Shown here in pieces: positions 53,341 through 62,965 of a stretch of 64,000 nucleotides of DNA. Made by a program: the position numbers and the translations under genes. The DNA lies in the NCBI GenBank assembly GCA_021463145.1, contig JAJTWZ010000005.1, positions 54,152-118,151 on the forward strand. The letters run 5' to 3'. Source of the DNA: Blastocatellia bacterium (GTDB lineage Bacteria > Acidobacteriota > Blastocatellia > UBA7656 > JADIYM01). The stretch's first letter is position 1; each line of letters begins with the position of its first letter. The notes under the pieces were generated by a model that saw only the letters and a program-made list of their open reading frames with translations, had not been told where the DNA came from and did not search any database.

Positions 53341-53967
53341 TCAAGTCCCGAGACCGGTACCCCCTCGCTCGTCGGGCGTCGACTGGAGTTGTCGAATCAG
53401 CGCCCTCAACGGCGTCCGATCGATGCCCTCACGCGCTTGCCAGAGAACGTCTTCGAATCGCTTCAGGCGATCAAGGAGGGCTGCTTGCTCAGGTAACTGC
53501 GCGACCAACGCCGCACGCTCCACCAGGGTCGACATCGAGGCGAGACCTGACGCGAGCACGTCGATGAGGAGCGGCCAATCCTTGTCCCGACCAGCCATCA
53601 GCTTCGCCACGCACGTATCGTGAATCTCGGTGCAGAAGGCGACCGTGTGACCGTGCTCGTCCTTAAGCGGTTGAAGACGATCCTCCTATCCCGGCGGAAG
53701 CACCACGCTCGATCGCCCAAGAGCATCGGCGTGATAGCCCATGCGCTCCTGAAACGCGCTCAACACCCCGAGTTCCTGGCGCACCCGCATGAGGGCATCG
53801 ATTCCGGCGCCACCCAACAAGAAATCGCACTCGGTCGAACGCTCCACCGCGCCAGGGACCGACCGCGCCGCCGCGTACAGGGCTTGGGACCCTACGATGA
53901 TCGGAGTCTCAACTCCGGCAACGGCGCTAACGCGCCGCGTCAAGGAGATGACGTGCTCTTTCTTCAC
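53341..53967 (-). pseudogene. DUF6036-like nucleotidyltransferase (putative toxin) interrupted by an in-frame TAG at 53688-53686
   Basis: IIVGSQA..STECD (GS..DxD-like); the frame reads LPPG*EDRLQPLKDEHGHTVAFCTEIHDTCVAKLMAGRDKD, joining ORFs 53686-53967 and 53341-53610 in one frame. Confidence 0.8.
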
Positions 53968-54310
53968 ATTCCCTCATGAGTACGGCGCGCTCCTCGTCCG
54001 AAAGCAGGCCAGCGAAGGGACTCGACTGCCGCAACTGCTGTCCGCGATCCGAGTCCTGCGTGATGGCCGCCACGATCTCGTCGGGATCGCCACCCTCGAG
54101 GATTCGCTCCCACTCGCACAGCGCGCGCCGCTCGGTCTGGTCGAACGCCTCATTGCGCATCCACCGCGCGAGCGTTCGCCGCGCGTGATCGAGCGTCACG
54201 TGCGAATCACGGCAGATCCTGGCACTGACCTGGCGATGGTACGCCAGGGCGAAATCGTCCAGGAACTCGTGCGACTCGAGGTAGTGGGTGAGGTCCTGAA
54301 ACTGGCGCAT
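53927..54310 (-). CDS. Small helical protein, putative antitoxin/partner of the nucleotidyltransferase
   Basis: LAYHRQV..ARRTLARW..EWERIL..LRQSSPFAGLL..ER; overlaps the start of the downstream NTase; SD-like AAGG. Confidence 0.7.
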   Translation of the reverse strand: MRQFQDLTHYLESHEFLDDFALAYHRQVSARICRDSHVTLDHARRTLARWMRNEAFDQTERRALCEWERILEGGDPDEIVAAITQDSDRGQQLRQSSPFAGLLSDEERAVLMRECEERARHLLDAAR

Positions 54311-54340
54311 GCGGTGCCCTTTCCGAAGGTTACGCCCCTC

Positions 54341-54368
54341 ATTGTACACGAGCAATGTTCTATGCCAA
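54341..54368 (-). promoter_or_regulatory. Putative sigma70 promoter for the IS passenger operon
   Basis: TTGGCA-16 nt-TACAAT, 30 bp upstream of ATG 54310. Confidence 0.55.
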
Positions 54369-54535
54369 CACGAAATGTCGGTTTCATAGAATACCGTACG
54401 CGAGCAAGAATCTACATTTAATGTCGGAAAGCCCGGCGAAGTAGCGCCCTCGTGCGCGGCCCGAGGCGCCGCTCTGGTCGTTGCCGATTCGAGCGCGTTG
54501 CGCTTCCTCGACAGGGTTCCCCTCCCCACTCCCTC

Positions 54536-54592
54536 AAAGCGGCGCTTCACGCCGCACTCCAAGGTGCTTCACGCCGCACTCCAAGGCGCTTC
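54536..54592. repeat. REP-like hairpin with 22-bp tandem duplication
   Basis: AAAGCGGCG-CTTCA-CGCCGCACTCCAA hairpin; unit GGYGCTTCACGCCGCACTCCAA at 54541 and 54563, partial at 54585. Confidence 0.7.
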
Positions 54593-54659
54593 GCACCAGA
54601 GTCCTTGGGGGAGGGCGCGCCGGATTCGTCGTGGAACCGTCTGATATACTCGGCCGCCC

Positions 54660-56423
54660 ATGTCGCCGATGACGAACGCCCAGCGCATCCGCGGGTATTA
54701 CTCCAGATACAGGCGAGCCTTGGTGCTCGGCGGCCTCTCGGTCATCCTCTCCTACCTCGTCAAGCTCTCGGCCCCTTCGATCGTCAAGCTTGCAATCGAC
54801 GATCTTCGCGCCACGACCGAATCTGGCGCGACGATGCAGCGGCCGCTGGTCTGGTACGGGGCCGTCTTCCTCTCGATCATCCTCGTGCAGGGGCTCTTCC
54901 TGTATGCGCAACGATGGATCCTGATCGGAATGTCGCGCAACGTGGAGTACGACCTCCGCAACGACTTCTTCGCGCACCTCGAAAGGCTTTCGCAGTCGTT
55001 CTACGTAACGAATCGGACCGGCGACCTCATGGCTCGCGCCACGAACGACCTCGGCGCCGTCAGGATGATGATCGGCCCGGCTCTGATGTACGCACTAGGC
55101 ACGGCGACCGTCGTCGTCCTGGCGTTTCCTCTCATGCTGAACATCAGCGTGAGCCTCACGCTCCTGTCGCTCTGCACGCTGCCGTTCGTCTCGATTGCAA
55201 CGAAGTTCTTCGCCAAGCGCATCCACGACCGCTTCGAAAAGGTTCAGGAGGAGTTCTCCGCCATTACCGCCCGCGCGCAGGAGAATCTCGCCGGCGTGCG
55301 CGTCGTTCGCGCCTACGCGCGCGAAGACACCGAATCCGAAGCCTTCTCCGAGTTCAACCGCACGTTCGTGGATCGAAACCGCGCCATCGCAACGCTCCAG
55401 TCACTATTCCATCCCTGTCTGACGACGTTCACCGGTCTGGGATTCGCCGCAGTCGTCTGGTATGGCGGACACAAGGTCATCGCCGGCGACATCTCGCTCG
55501 GCCAGTTCGTCGAGTTCAACTTCTATCTGACGTACCTCATCTGGCCGACCATCGCTCTCGGGTGGGTCATCAATCTCTACCAGCGCGGCATGGCGTCCAT
55601 GGGACGCCTGAACAGCATCCTCAATACCGAACCGGAAATTGCCGACGCCCCTGGCGCAAGCGACACGGCCGTGCACGGAGCCATCGAGTTCCGCGAACTG
55701 ACGTTTACCTACCCCGGCGCGTCGAAGCCCGTGCTGTCGGACATTTCGCTGCGAATCGAAGCGGGAACCACGCTTGCCGTCGTCGGCCGGACCGGATCGG
55801 GCAAGTCGACGCTCGTCAATCTCATTCCGCGCCTCATCGACGCGGCGCCCGGAATGGTGCTCATTGACGGCCGGCCGATACAAGGCGTGTCGCTCGCGTC
55901 GCTCAGGGGCAGCATCGGCTACGTCCAGCAGGAGACCTTCCTCTTCTCCGACACCGTTGCCGGGAACATCGCTTTCGGCGTGCCCGGCGCTACCGGCGAT
56001 GCCGTCGAACTCGCCGCCGAACAGGCAGGACTCGCCCGCGACGTCGTGACGTTCCCGAAGGGTTTCGAGACGATGGTCGGCGAACGCGGCATTACGCTCT
56101 CGGGCGGACAGAAGCAGCGCACGGCCATCGCCCGCGCCCTGCTGCGCCAGCCGCGAATCCTCATCCTCGACGACGCGCTCTCGGCGGTCGACACCTACAC
56201 CGAGGAACGCATTCTCAAGCGACTGCGCGGCCTGATGCAGGACCGCACCAGCATCCTGGTCTCGCATCGCGTGTCGACCGTGAAGGAAGCCGACCTGATC
56301 GTCGTTCTCGAGGACGGACGCATCGCCGAGCGTGGCGCCCACGACGAGCTCCTCGCGCTCGGCGGCCTCTACGCCGACCTGCACGCCCGGCAGTTGCTCG
56401 AGGAAGAGCTCGCCGCGAGCTGA
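54660..56423 (+). CDS. ABC exporter half-transporter (MdlA/YheI-like)
   Basis: TM domain; [27 protein letters not shown] (degenerate Walker B). Confidence 0.93.
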   Translation: MSPMTNAQRIRGYYSRYRRALVLGGLSVILSYLVKLSAPSIVKLAIDDLRATTESGATMQRPLVWYGAVFLSIILVQGLFLYAQRWILIGMSRNVEYDLRNDFFAHLERLSQSFYVTNRTGDLMARATNDLGAVRMMIGPALMYALGTATVVVLAFPLMLNISVSLTLLSLCTLPFVSIATKFFAKRIHDRFEKVQEEFSAITARAQENLAGVRVVRAYAREDTESEAFSEFNRTFVDRNRAIATLQSLFHPCLTTFTGLGFAAVVWYGGHKVIAGDISLGQFVEFNFYLTYLIWPTIALGWVINLYQRGMASMGRLNSILNTEPEIADAPGASDTAVHGAIEFRELTFTYPGASKPVLSDISLRIEAGTTLAVVGRTGSGKSTLVNLIPRLIDAAPGMVLIDGRPIQGVSLASLRGSIGYVQQETFLFSDTVAGNIAFGVPGATGDAVELAAEQAGLARDVVTFPKGFETMVGERGITLSGGQKQRTAIARALLRQPRILILDDALSAVDTYTEERILKRLRGLMQDRTSILVSHRVSTVKEADLIVVLEDGRIAERGAHDELLALGGLYADLHARQLLEEELAAS

Positions 56424-56436
56424 GAGTCGAAGCCCC

Positions 56437-58257
56437 ATGAGCGACGAGACGACAAAGAACCCGCACGAAGAGGAAGCCCTTGGGAAAGCCTATGACGGCC
56501 GGCTCGCCCGCCGCCTGGCCGGATACCTTCGTCCCTATCGTGGCCGCGTCATGGCCGGTGTAGTGCTGCTGATGTTCGGCTCGCTCGTCGAGCTCGCGGG
56601 TCCACTGCTTACGGCAACGGCAGTCGACTGGTATATCCCGAAGCGCGACTACGCGGGGCTGAACCTGCTCGCCGCGGGCTATGTCGGGTGCCTGCTGCTC
56701 GCGTTCGGGCTGGCCGCCGCCAACACGTACCTGATGCAGATGCTCGGTCAGTACGTGCAGTACGACCTGCGGCAGCAGATCTTCGCCAAGCTGCAGCGAA
56801 TCGACGTCAGCTACTACGACCGGAATCCCGTCGGGCGGCTGATCACGAGATTGACGGGTGACGTCGACGCCTTGAACGAGTTGTTCACGTCCGGCTTCGT
56901 TGCGATCTTCGGCGACATCATCACCCTGTCGGCCATAACGATCGTCCTGTTCGTATTCGACTGGCGCCTCGCCTGCGTAACGCTGGTCATCCTGCCGGCG
57001 ATGCTGATGGTGACGGCCTGGTTCCGCCGCGGAGCGAGAGAGGGCTTCCGGAAGGTGCGGCTGCGAATTGCGCGCATCAATTCGTTCGTTCAGGAACACG
57101 TCTCCGGAATGTCGGTCGTGCAACTGTTCGGCCGCGAGAAGCTCGAGCTCGGCCGCTTCGATCGGATCAACGACGAGCACCGAGTCGCAAACATTGAAAC
57201 GATCTTCTACTACGCGGTCTTCTTCCCTGCGATAGAGGTCATTTCGTCGGCTGGAATCGCGCTGATCCTCTGGTACGGCGGCGGACGCGTCCTGACGAGC
57301 GCGATGACGCTAGGCGCGCTGATAGCCTTCATCCAGTACGCCCAGCGCTTCTATCAGCCGATCCGCGACCTGTCGGACAAGTACAACATCCTGCAGGCGG
57401 CGATGGCTGCATCGGAGCGCATTTTCAACCTGCTCGACGAGAAACCGGCTATAACTTCGCCGGAAAAACCGGCCGCGGTTGCGCCGCGGGCGCTCGGACG
57501 AATCGAGTTCCGCAACGTATGGTTCGCCTACAAGGGCGAAGACTGGGTACTGCGCGACGTATCGTTCACGGTCGAACCCGGCCAATCGGTCGGCGTCGTC
57601 GGACATACGGGCGCGGGCAAGACGACGCTCACGAACCTCCTGCTGCGGTTCTACGACATTCAGAAGGGCCAGATTCTGCTCGACGGAGTCGACGTGCGCG
57701 AGTACGAGCTGAACTCGCTGCGCCGCAATTTTTCGATCGTTCTCCAGGACGTGTACCTGTTCTCGGGATCTGTGCGTCACAACATCACCCTCGGCAACCC
57801 TGACATCCCTGACGAGCTTGTGCGGCGGTCCGCCGCCGAGGTTCACGCGGATTCGTTCATCCGCGAGCTGCCCGACGGCTACGACACGGCGATTCACGAG
57901 CGGGGAGCAGGCCTTTCGGTCGGCCAGAAGCAGCTCATTTCGTTCGCGCGTGCGCTGGCGTACGACCCGCCGATCCTCATCCTCGACGAGGCGACTTCTT
58001 CGATCGACAGCGAAACCGAACTTCTGATACGCGACGCCGTCGTACGGCTGATGGACGGCCGGACCAGCTTGATAGTGGCGCATCGGCTGTCGACCATTCA
58101 GCGGGTCGACAAAATCATGGTGATGCACAAAGGCGAACTGCGCGAGGAAGGCTCGCACCAGGAACTGCTTGCGAAGCGCGGGCTGTACTACCGCCTCTAC
58201 GAACTGCAGTACAGGGATCAGGAGATCGGCGATCGTGCGCCGGCAATGGGCGACTAG
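56437..58257 (+). CDS. ABC exporter half-transporter (MdlB/YheH-like)
   Basis: TM domain; [27 protein letters not shown]. Confidence 0.93.
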   Translation: MSDETTKNPHEEEALGKAYDGRLARRLAGYLRPYRGRVMAGVVLLMFGSLVELAGPLLTATAVDWYIPKRDYAGLNLLAAGYVGCLLLAFGLAAANTYLMQMLGQYVQYDLRQQIFAKLQRIDVSYYDRNPVGRLITRLTGDVDALNELFTSGFVAIFGDIITLSAITIVLFVFDWRLACVTLVILPAMLMVTAWFRRGAREGFRKVRLRIARINSFVQEHVSGMSVVQLFGREKLELGRFDRINDEHRVANIETIFYYAVFFPAIEVISSAGIALILWYGGGRVLTSAMTLGALIAFIQYAQRFYQPIRDLSDKYNILQAAMAASERIFNLLDEKPAITSPEKPAAVAPRALGRIEFRNVWFAYKGEDWVLRDVSFTVEPGQSVGVVGHTGAGKTTLTNLLLRFYDIQKGQILLDGVDVREYELNSLRRNFSIVLQDVYLFSGSVRHNITLGNPDIPDELVRRSAAEVHADSFIRELPDGYDTAIHERGAGLSVGQKQLISFARALAYDPPILILDEATSSIDSETELLIRDAVVRLMDGRTSLIVAHRLSTIQRVDKIMVMHKGELREEGSHQELLAKRGLYYRLYELQYRDQEIGDRAPAMGD

Positions 58258-58459
58258 GCCCGCAGCCGGAACGATCGGAGCCTGGAGCGTTAGCGTCGGC
58301 GCGAACAGCCGATCCGTTCGCCTCGGCCGATTTTCACGCCATCAGGGGCCATTTCCGCCGAATGGTTCCGGTGCCCGCCCGGTCGCCATCGATCCCGGCT
58401 CCGATCTCGCATTGGACGTCACTATCCCGTGACCGACGGTCCGTGATTTACTGCCCGCT

Positions 58460-59482
58460 ATGTCAGCACCCGTCATCGCATCCATCGACCCTCGCGCGGG
58501 AGTCGAGGGCGGAGAGATCGTCATCGCTCCCAGGCAGTTCGAACCGCGCAATTGGAACGAGATCTCCGTCACGTTCGACGGTGTCGCCTCGCGCCCCCAG
58601 AGCGCTTCCGCTTCTCGCGTGGTCGCATCGGTGCCTGGCGGACTTTCCGGCCGGGTCAATCTCCGTATTGCCGACGGCGCCGGCACGAGCGACGCCATTG
58701 GGTTCGAGGTAGGAGCACGGCTCGCCGACAGCCTCCATCCGGTTGCGAACCCGGCGTTCGATCACGACAACGGCAACATCTTCACGACTCTGTCCGGAAC
58801 GCGCGGGCAGGAAGTTCCGGTCTCCGTCTACAAGGTCACGTCGAACGGAGAGTCGCAGCCGTTCCTTTCCGACATGACCAATCCCACCGGCCTGGCCTTC
58901 GACCCCGACGGTACGCTGTTCATCACGAGCCGGTACGACGGCGTCGTCTACCGTGTCACGCCTTTCAAGCAGGCCGAAGCCTTCGCTCGCAACCTCGGCG
59001 TTGCAACGGGAATCGCTTTCGATTCGAGCGGAGCAATGTTCGTCGGCGACCGGTCCGGTACGATCTATCGAGTCAGCGAGATCGGAGAACCGGAAGTATT
59101 CTCGACGCTGGAGCCGTCGATGGCCGCGTACCATCTGGCGTTCGGACCTGACGGCGCGCTCTTCGTGACCGGCCCGACGGCTTCCAGCTTCGATTCGGTC
59201 TACCGCATCGACGCCGACGGCAACGCCACGAACTATTTCACCGGCCTCGGGCGCCCACAGGGACTCGCTTTCGACGGCGACGGCAACCTGTTCGTAATCG
59301 CGAGCTATCGCGGACGGCGCGGCGTATTCCGCATCACGCCGGACGGCACCATCACGATGGAGGTAGCGGGGCCGTCGCTCGTCGGGATCTGCTTCGACGA
59401 CTCCGGGAACGCAATCCTGGCGGCCACGCGCGAGATTTACCGGGTGCAGCTCGGCGTGAAGCCCTACTGGCCGTTTACGTGA
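58460..59482 (+). CDS. IPT/TIG domain plus NHL/SMP-30-like beta-propeller protein
   Basis: N-terminal APVIASIDP..G Ig-like domain; repeats PTGLAFDPDG, TGIAFDSSG, LAFGPDG, PQGLAFDGDG. Confidence 0.75.
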   Translation: MSAPVIASIDPRAGVEGGEIVIAPRQFEPRNWNEISVTFDGVASRPQSASASRVVASVPGGLSGRVNLRIADGAGTSDAIGFEVGARLADSLHPVANPAFDHDNGNIFTTLSGTRGQEVPVSVYKVTSNGESQPFLSDMTNPTGLAFDPDGTLFITSRYDGVVYRVTPFKQAEAFARNLGVATGIAFDSSGAMFVGDRSGTIYRVSEIGEPEVFSTLEPSMAAYHLAFGPDGALFVTGPTASSFDSVYRIDADGNATNYFTGLGRPQGLAFDGDGNLFVIASYRGRRGVFRITPDGTITMEVAGPSLVGICFDDSGNAILAATREIYRVQLGVKPYWPFT

Positions 59483-60369
59483 TCGGCGGACTGATCGTCG
59501 ACAAACCGGAAGGATGGACGTCGCACGACGTGGTGGGGCGAATCCGGCGACTGGCGAACACGCGTCGCGTCGGCCACACCGGCACGCTCGATCCCTTCGC
59601 GACTGGGGTGCTCGTCGTGTGCGTCGGGCCGGCGACTCGATTGTCGCAACTCCTGGCCGGATGCGAGAAGCGGTACCGTGGCACGATCCGCCTTGGATGG
59701 GCCACGGACACTCAGGACAGGACGGGCACGGCCGCCGGCGAGATGACTGCTCCGGAGCGAATTCCCGACGATCCGGCCGTGCTCGCGGCTGCCGTTCGCG
59801 GATTGAACGGCGACATCGAGCAGCTCCCGCCAATGTATTCCGCTAAGAAAGTCGACGGGCGCGCGCTATACAAGCACGCGCGGGCCGGGCGCGAGATCGA
59901 GCGCACTGCCGTGCGTGTGCGGGTGGCGATGGACATAATCGGAACACCCCGTCGCCAGAACGAAGGCTGGGTGGACATCGACGTGGACGTCGTCTGCTCG
60001 GCGGGCACTTACGTGCGGACACTTGCGCACGACCTCGGCGAGGCGCTTGGCTGCGGCGCTCATCTGCTGGAATTGAGGCGCGTGCGCGTCGGGCGATTCA
60101 CGATCGACGAAGCGGCAACACTCGATGACCTGGCAGGAAGTGTCGCCAGCCGGCTGGTCGCGCCGGCCGACCTCGTTGCGCATCTGCCGCGGATCGACTT
60201 ACTGGAGATGGAACTCGCCCATATCGCGAACGGCCGCGCCGTCGGAGTGGATGGACGTGTCCCCGCCGCCGATGGCGAGGATGTGGCGCTGCTTTGCGAG
60301 GGACGCCTCGTCGCAATTGCGCGCATCGACGGCGCGCTGGCGCGGCCGCGAATCGTGCTCGAGCGATAG
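59479..60369 (+). CDS. truB: tRNA pseudouridine(55) synthase
   Basis: DKPEGWTSHD, GHTGTLDP, PPMYSAKK, CSAGTYVR. Confidence 0.95.
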   Translation: MIGGLIVDKPEGWTSHDVVGRIRRLANTRRVGHTGTLDPFATGVLVVCVGPATRLSQLLAGCEKRYRGTIRLGWATDTQDRTGTAAGEMTAPERIPDDPAVLAAAVRGLNGDIEQLPPMYSAKKVDGRALYKHARAGREIERTAVRVRVAMDIIGTPRRQNEGWVDIDVDVVCSAGTYVRTLAHDLGEALGCGAHLLELRRVRVGRFTIDEAATLDDLAGSVASRLVAPADLVAHLPRIDLLEMELAHIANGRAVGVDGRVPAADGEDVALLCEGRLVAIARIDGALARPRIVLER

Positions 60370-60874
60370 GACGACGGCGCCGTCCAGGTGTCCGCTTGCC
60401 TGGCACGCGACTGCTGTGTTGCCCGCTCGCTGAAGCCGGCCGGGCAAAGGACTTCCGAAGCGGCCCGGCCGATAGTTCCTCGCACGATCCCGGCGCCGAA
60501 GCGCCAGGCATTCTGCCGCATTGCGAGAAACGGCTGAAAGCCGGAAGGCACGCGGCGTTCACGCACGTTTCACTCGTGCTGAAGCACGGACAGACGCGCA
60601 CTCAGTTGCGCCGGCTCGCGGCGACGCGGTAGTGCAGCGGACTTCGAACAACCCGTCTGGCAACGCGTGCTATACTCGGAAACGTCATTGCTATCGAGAG
60701 CCTTCGACACTGCTCTCGTTGCTTTTTCCGACTGACGCGACCGGCGGTTCGGGCTGAACGCCCGCCCGAATCGCTCGAGAATTCGGCGATCGCCGCGGTT
60801 CGACTTTTTCGGTTCCATTGCGGGTGAACCGTGGCAAAGCACGCCCCCAGCGCGCCCGGTACGAGGTCACCGCC

Positions 60875-62800
60875 ATGGATGAGATCCGGCCGAACCTGTC
60901 CGACATGCTCGACGCCCATCGTCGCGAGCGCGAACAGCTCGCGTGGGAGGGCTCGTTCCGTGACTACTTCGAGCTCGTCACGCAGAATCCGCGCCTGGCC
61001 CAACTCTCCCACGCCCGCATCTCCGAGATGGTTCTCGCCGGGGGAGTCGACAAGATCAACGAGGGCTCGCGCGACGAGCTGCGCCGCTATCGCTTCTTCG
61101 CCGACGACCTGTACGGCATCGAGGAGTCGATCGAGCAGATCGTCGAGTACTTCAAGTCCGCCGCACAGCGCCTCGAAGTGCGCAAGCGAATCCTCCTGTT
61201 GATGGGTCCGGTCGGCGGCGGCAAGTCGACGATCGTCACGCTACTCAAGCGCGGGCTCGAGTCGTGGACGCGGCGGGCGGACGGCGCCGTCTTCGCCATC
61301 AAGGGCTGTCCTATGCGCGAAGAGCCGCTCCACCTCATCCCGCAGGAACTGCGCGCCGAGATCGAACGCCACTACGGCCTCTACATCGAGGGCGAGCTCT
61401 GCCCGCAGTGCCGCTACAGCCTCGAAAACACGTTCCACGGCCATCACGAAGACGTGCTGGTGGAACGCGTCGTGTTCTCCGAAAAGGACCGCGTCGGCAT
61501 CGGCACCTTCGCGCCGTCCGATCCCAAGAGCCAGGACCTTTCGGAGCTCACCGGCTCGATCGACCTGGCGACGATCGGCGAAGTCGGCGTCGAGTCCGAT
61601 CCCCGCGCGTACCGCTTCGACGGCGAGCTGAACGTCGCGAACCGGGGCCTCATGGAATTCATCGAGCTGCTGAAGTGCGACGAGCGCTTCCTCTATTCCC
61701 TGCTGACGCTATCGCAGGAACAGTCGATCAAGACCGGCCGCTTCGCGATGATCTACGCCGACGAAGTCATCGTTTCGCACACCAACGAGAACGAGTACAA
61801 CGCGTTTGCGGCGAACCGGAAGAGCGAAGCGCTGCAGGACCGGATCATCATGATCAAGGTCCCCTACAACCTGAAGGTCTCGCAGGAAGAGCGCATCTAC
61901 CGGAAACTGCTGCGGCAGTCCGATGGGCTGAACGCCGTCCATATCAGCCCTAACACCCTCAAGGTCGCCGCTGTCTTCGCCGTAATGACGCGGCTCGAGG
62001 AGCCGAAGCGCGCGAACATCGACATCGTGAAGAAGCTGAAGCTCTACGATGGCGAGGACGTCGAAGGCTTCAAGTCGAAGGACGTCCGTGAGCTTCGCGA
62101 AGAGACCGAACGCGAAGGCATGGACGGAATCTCGCCGCGCTACATCATCAATCGCCTCTCGGGCGCGCTCGTGCGCGACGGCGCGCGCTGCATCAATCCG
62201 ATCGACGCCCTGCGGGCGATCAAGAACGGCTTCGACCAGCACACGGGGATATCCGTCGAGCAGCGCGAGCGATACCTGAACCTCATCGCGACCGCCCGCC
62301 GCGAATACGACGAGATCGCGAAAAACGAGGTGCAACGCGCGTTCGTCTACAGCTTCGAGGAGATGGCGAAGCATATGTGCGAGAACTACCTCGACAACGT
62401 CGAGGCGTTCTGCAACAAGGACCGCCTGAAGGATCCGATCACCGAGGACGAGCTCGAACCGGACGAACGGCTCATGAGATCGATCGAGGAGCAGATCGGC
62501 GTGTCCGATACGTCCAAGAACACGTTCCGGCAGGAGATCCTCATCCGCATCTCTTCGTATGCGCGGAAGGGAAAACCGTTCGACTATCGGGCGCACGACC
62601 GTCTGCGTGAAGCAATCGAGAAGAAGATCTTCAGCGACCTGAAGGACGTCGTGAAGATCACGACGTCTACCAAGACGCCGGACGCGGACCAGGTGAGAAG
62701 GATCAACGAGGTCGTGGACCGGCTCGTCGACGAGCACGGCTATTGCAAGATCTGCGCGAACGAGTTGCTGACTTACGTGGGGTCATTGTTGTCGAGGTAG
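60875..62800 (+). CDS. prkA: PrkA/YeaG-family AAA+ serine protein kinase
   Basis: GPVGGGKS, CPMREEPL, ANRGLMEF, HTNE, EGMDGISPR. Confidence 0.93.
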   Translation: MDEIRPNLSDMLDAHRREREQLAWEGSFRDYFELVTQNPRLAQLSHARISEMVLAGGVDKINEGSRDELRRYRFFADDLYGIEESIEQIVEYFKSAAQRLEVRKRILLLMGPVGGGKSTIVTLLKRGLESWTRRADGAVFAIKGCPMREEPLHLIPQELRAEIERHYGLYIEGELCPQCRYSLENTFHGHHEDVLVERVVFSEKDRVGIGTFAPSDPKSQDLSELTGSIDLATIGEVGVESDPRAYRFDGELNVANRGLMEFIELLKCDERFLYSLLTLSQEQSIKTGRFAMIYADEVIVSHTNENEYNAFAANRKSEALQDRIIMIKVPYNLKVSQEERIYRKLLRQSDGLNAVHISPNTLKVAAVFAVMTRLEEPKRANIDIVKKLKLYDGEDVEGFKSKDVRELREETEREGMDGISPRYIINRLSGALVRDGARCINPIDALRAIKNGFDQHTGISVEQRERYLNLIATARREYDEIAKNEVQRAFVYSFEEMAKHMCENYLDNVEAFCNKDRLKDPITEDELEPDERLMRSIEEQIGVSDTSKNTFRQEILIRISSYARKGKPFDYRAHDRLREAIEKKIFSDLKDVVKITTSTKTPDADQVRRINEVVDRLVDEHGYCKICANELLTYVGSLLSR

Positions 62801-62965
62801 CAGTTGAATGAGCTCGCGCAACGGCGCGAGGGAGCAGTGGCAGGGACGGGCGCAACGCCGCGAGGCCGAGGGATCCGGGACGCCGATGGCGCCAGCGTCC
62901 GTCCGGCTCCAATTCGCCGGTGCGCCGTTACGCGACGGAACCTCTCGGACCGATCGAGGATTCAC

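Larger units (their letters stand above)
51852..54433 (-). mobile_element. Complete ISL3-family element with passenger genes (2582 bp)
   Basis: IRs GGCTAACCGACATTTGAAGTAGA (51852-51874) and reverse complement of 54411-54433, GGCTTTCCGACATTAAATGTAGA (18/23 identical); 8-bp TSD CGGCGAAG at 51844-51851 and 54434-54441. Confidence 0.93.

Noticed and set aside
54541-54592. 22-bp direct repeats as a mini-CRISPR
   Set aside because: The repeats are contiguous with no spacers and there are no cas genes; REP-like tandem duplication fits better
60400-60415. TGGCACGCGACTGCT as a sigma54 promoter
   Set aside because: GG-to-GC spacing is 9 nt rather than the required 10
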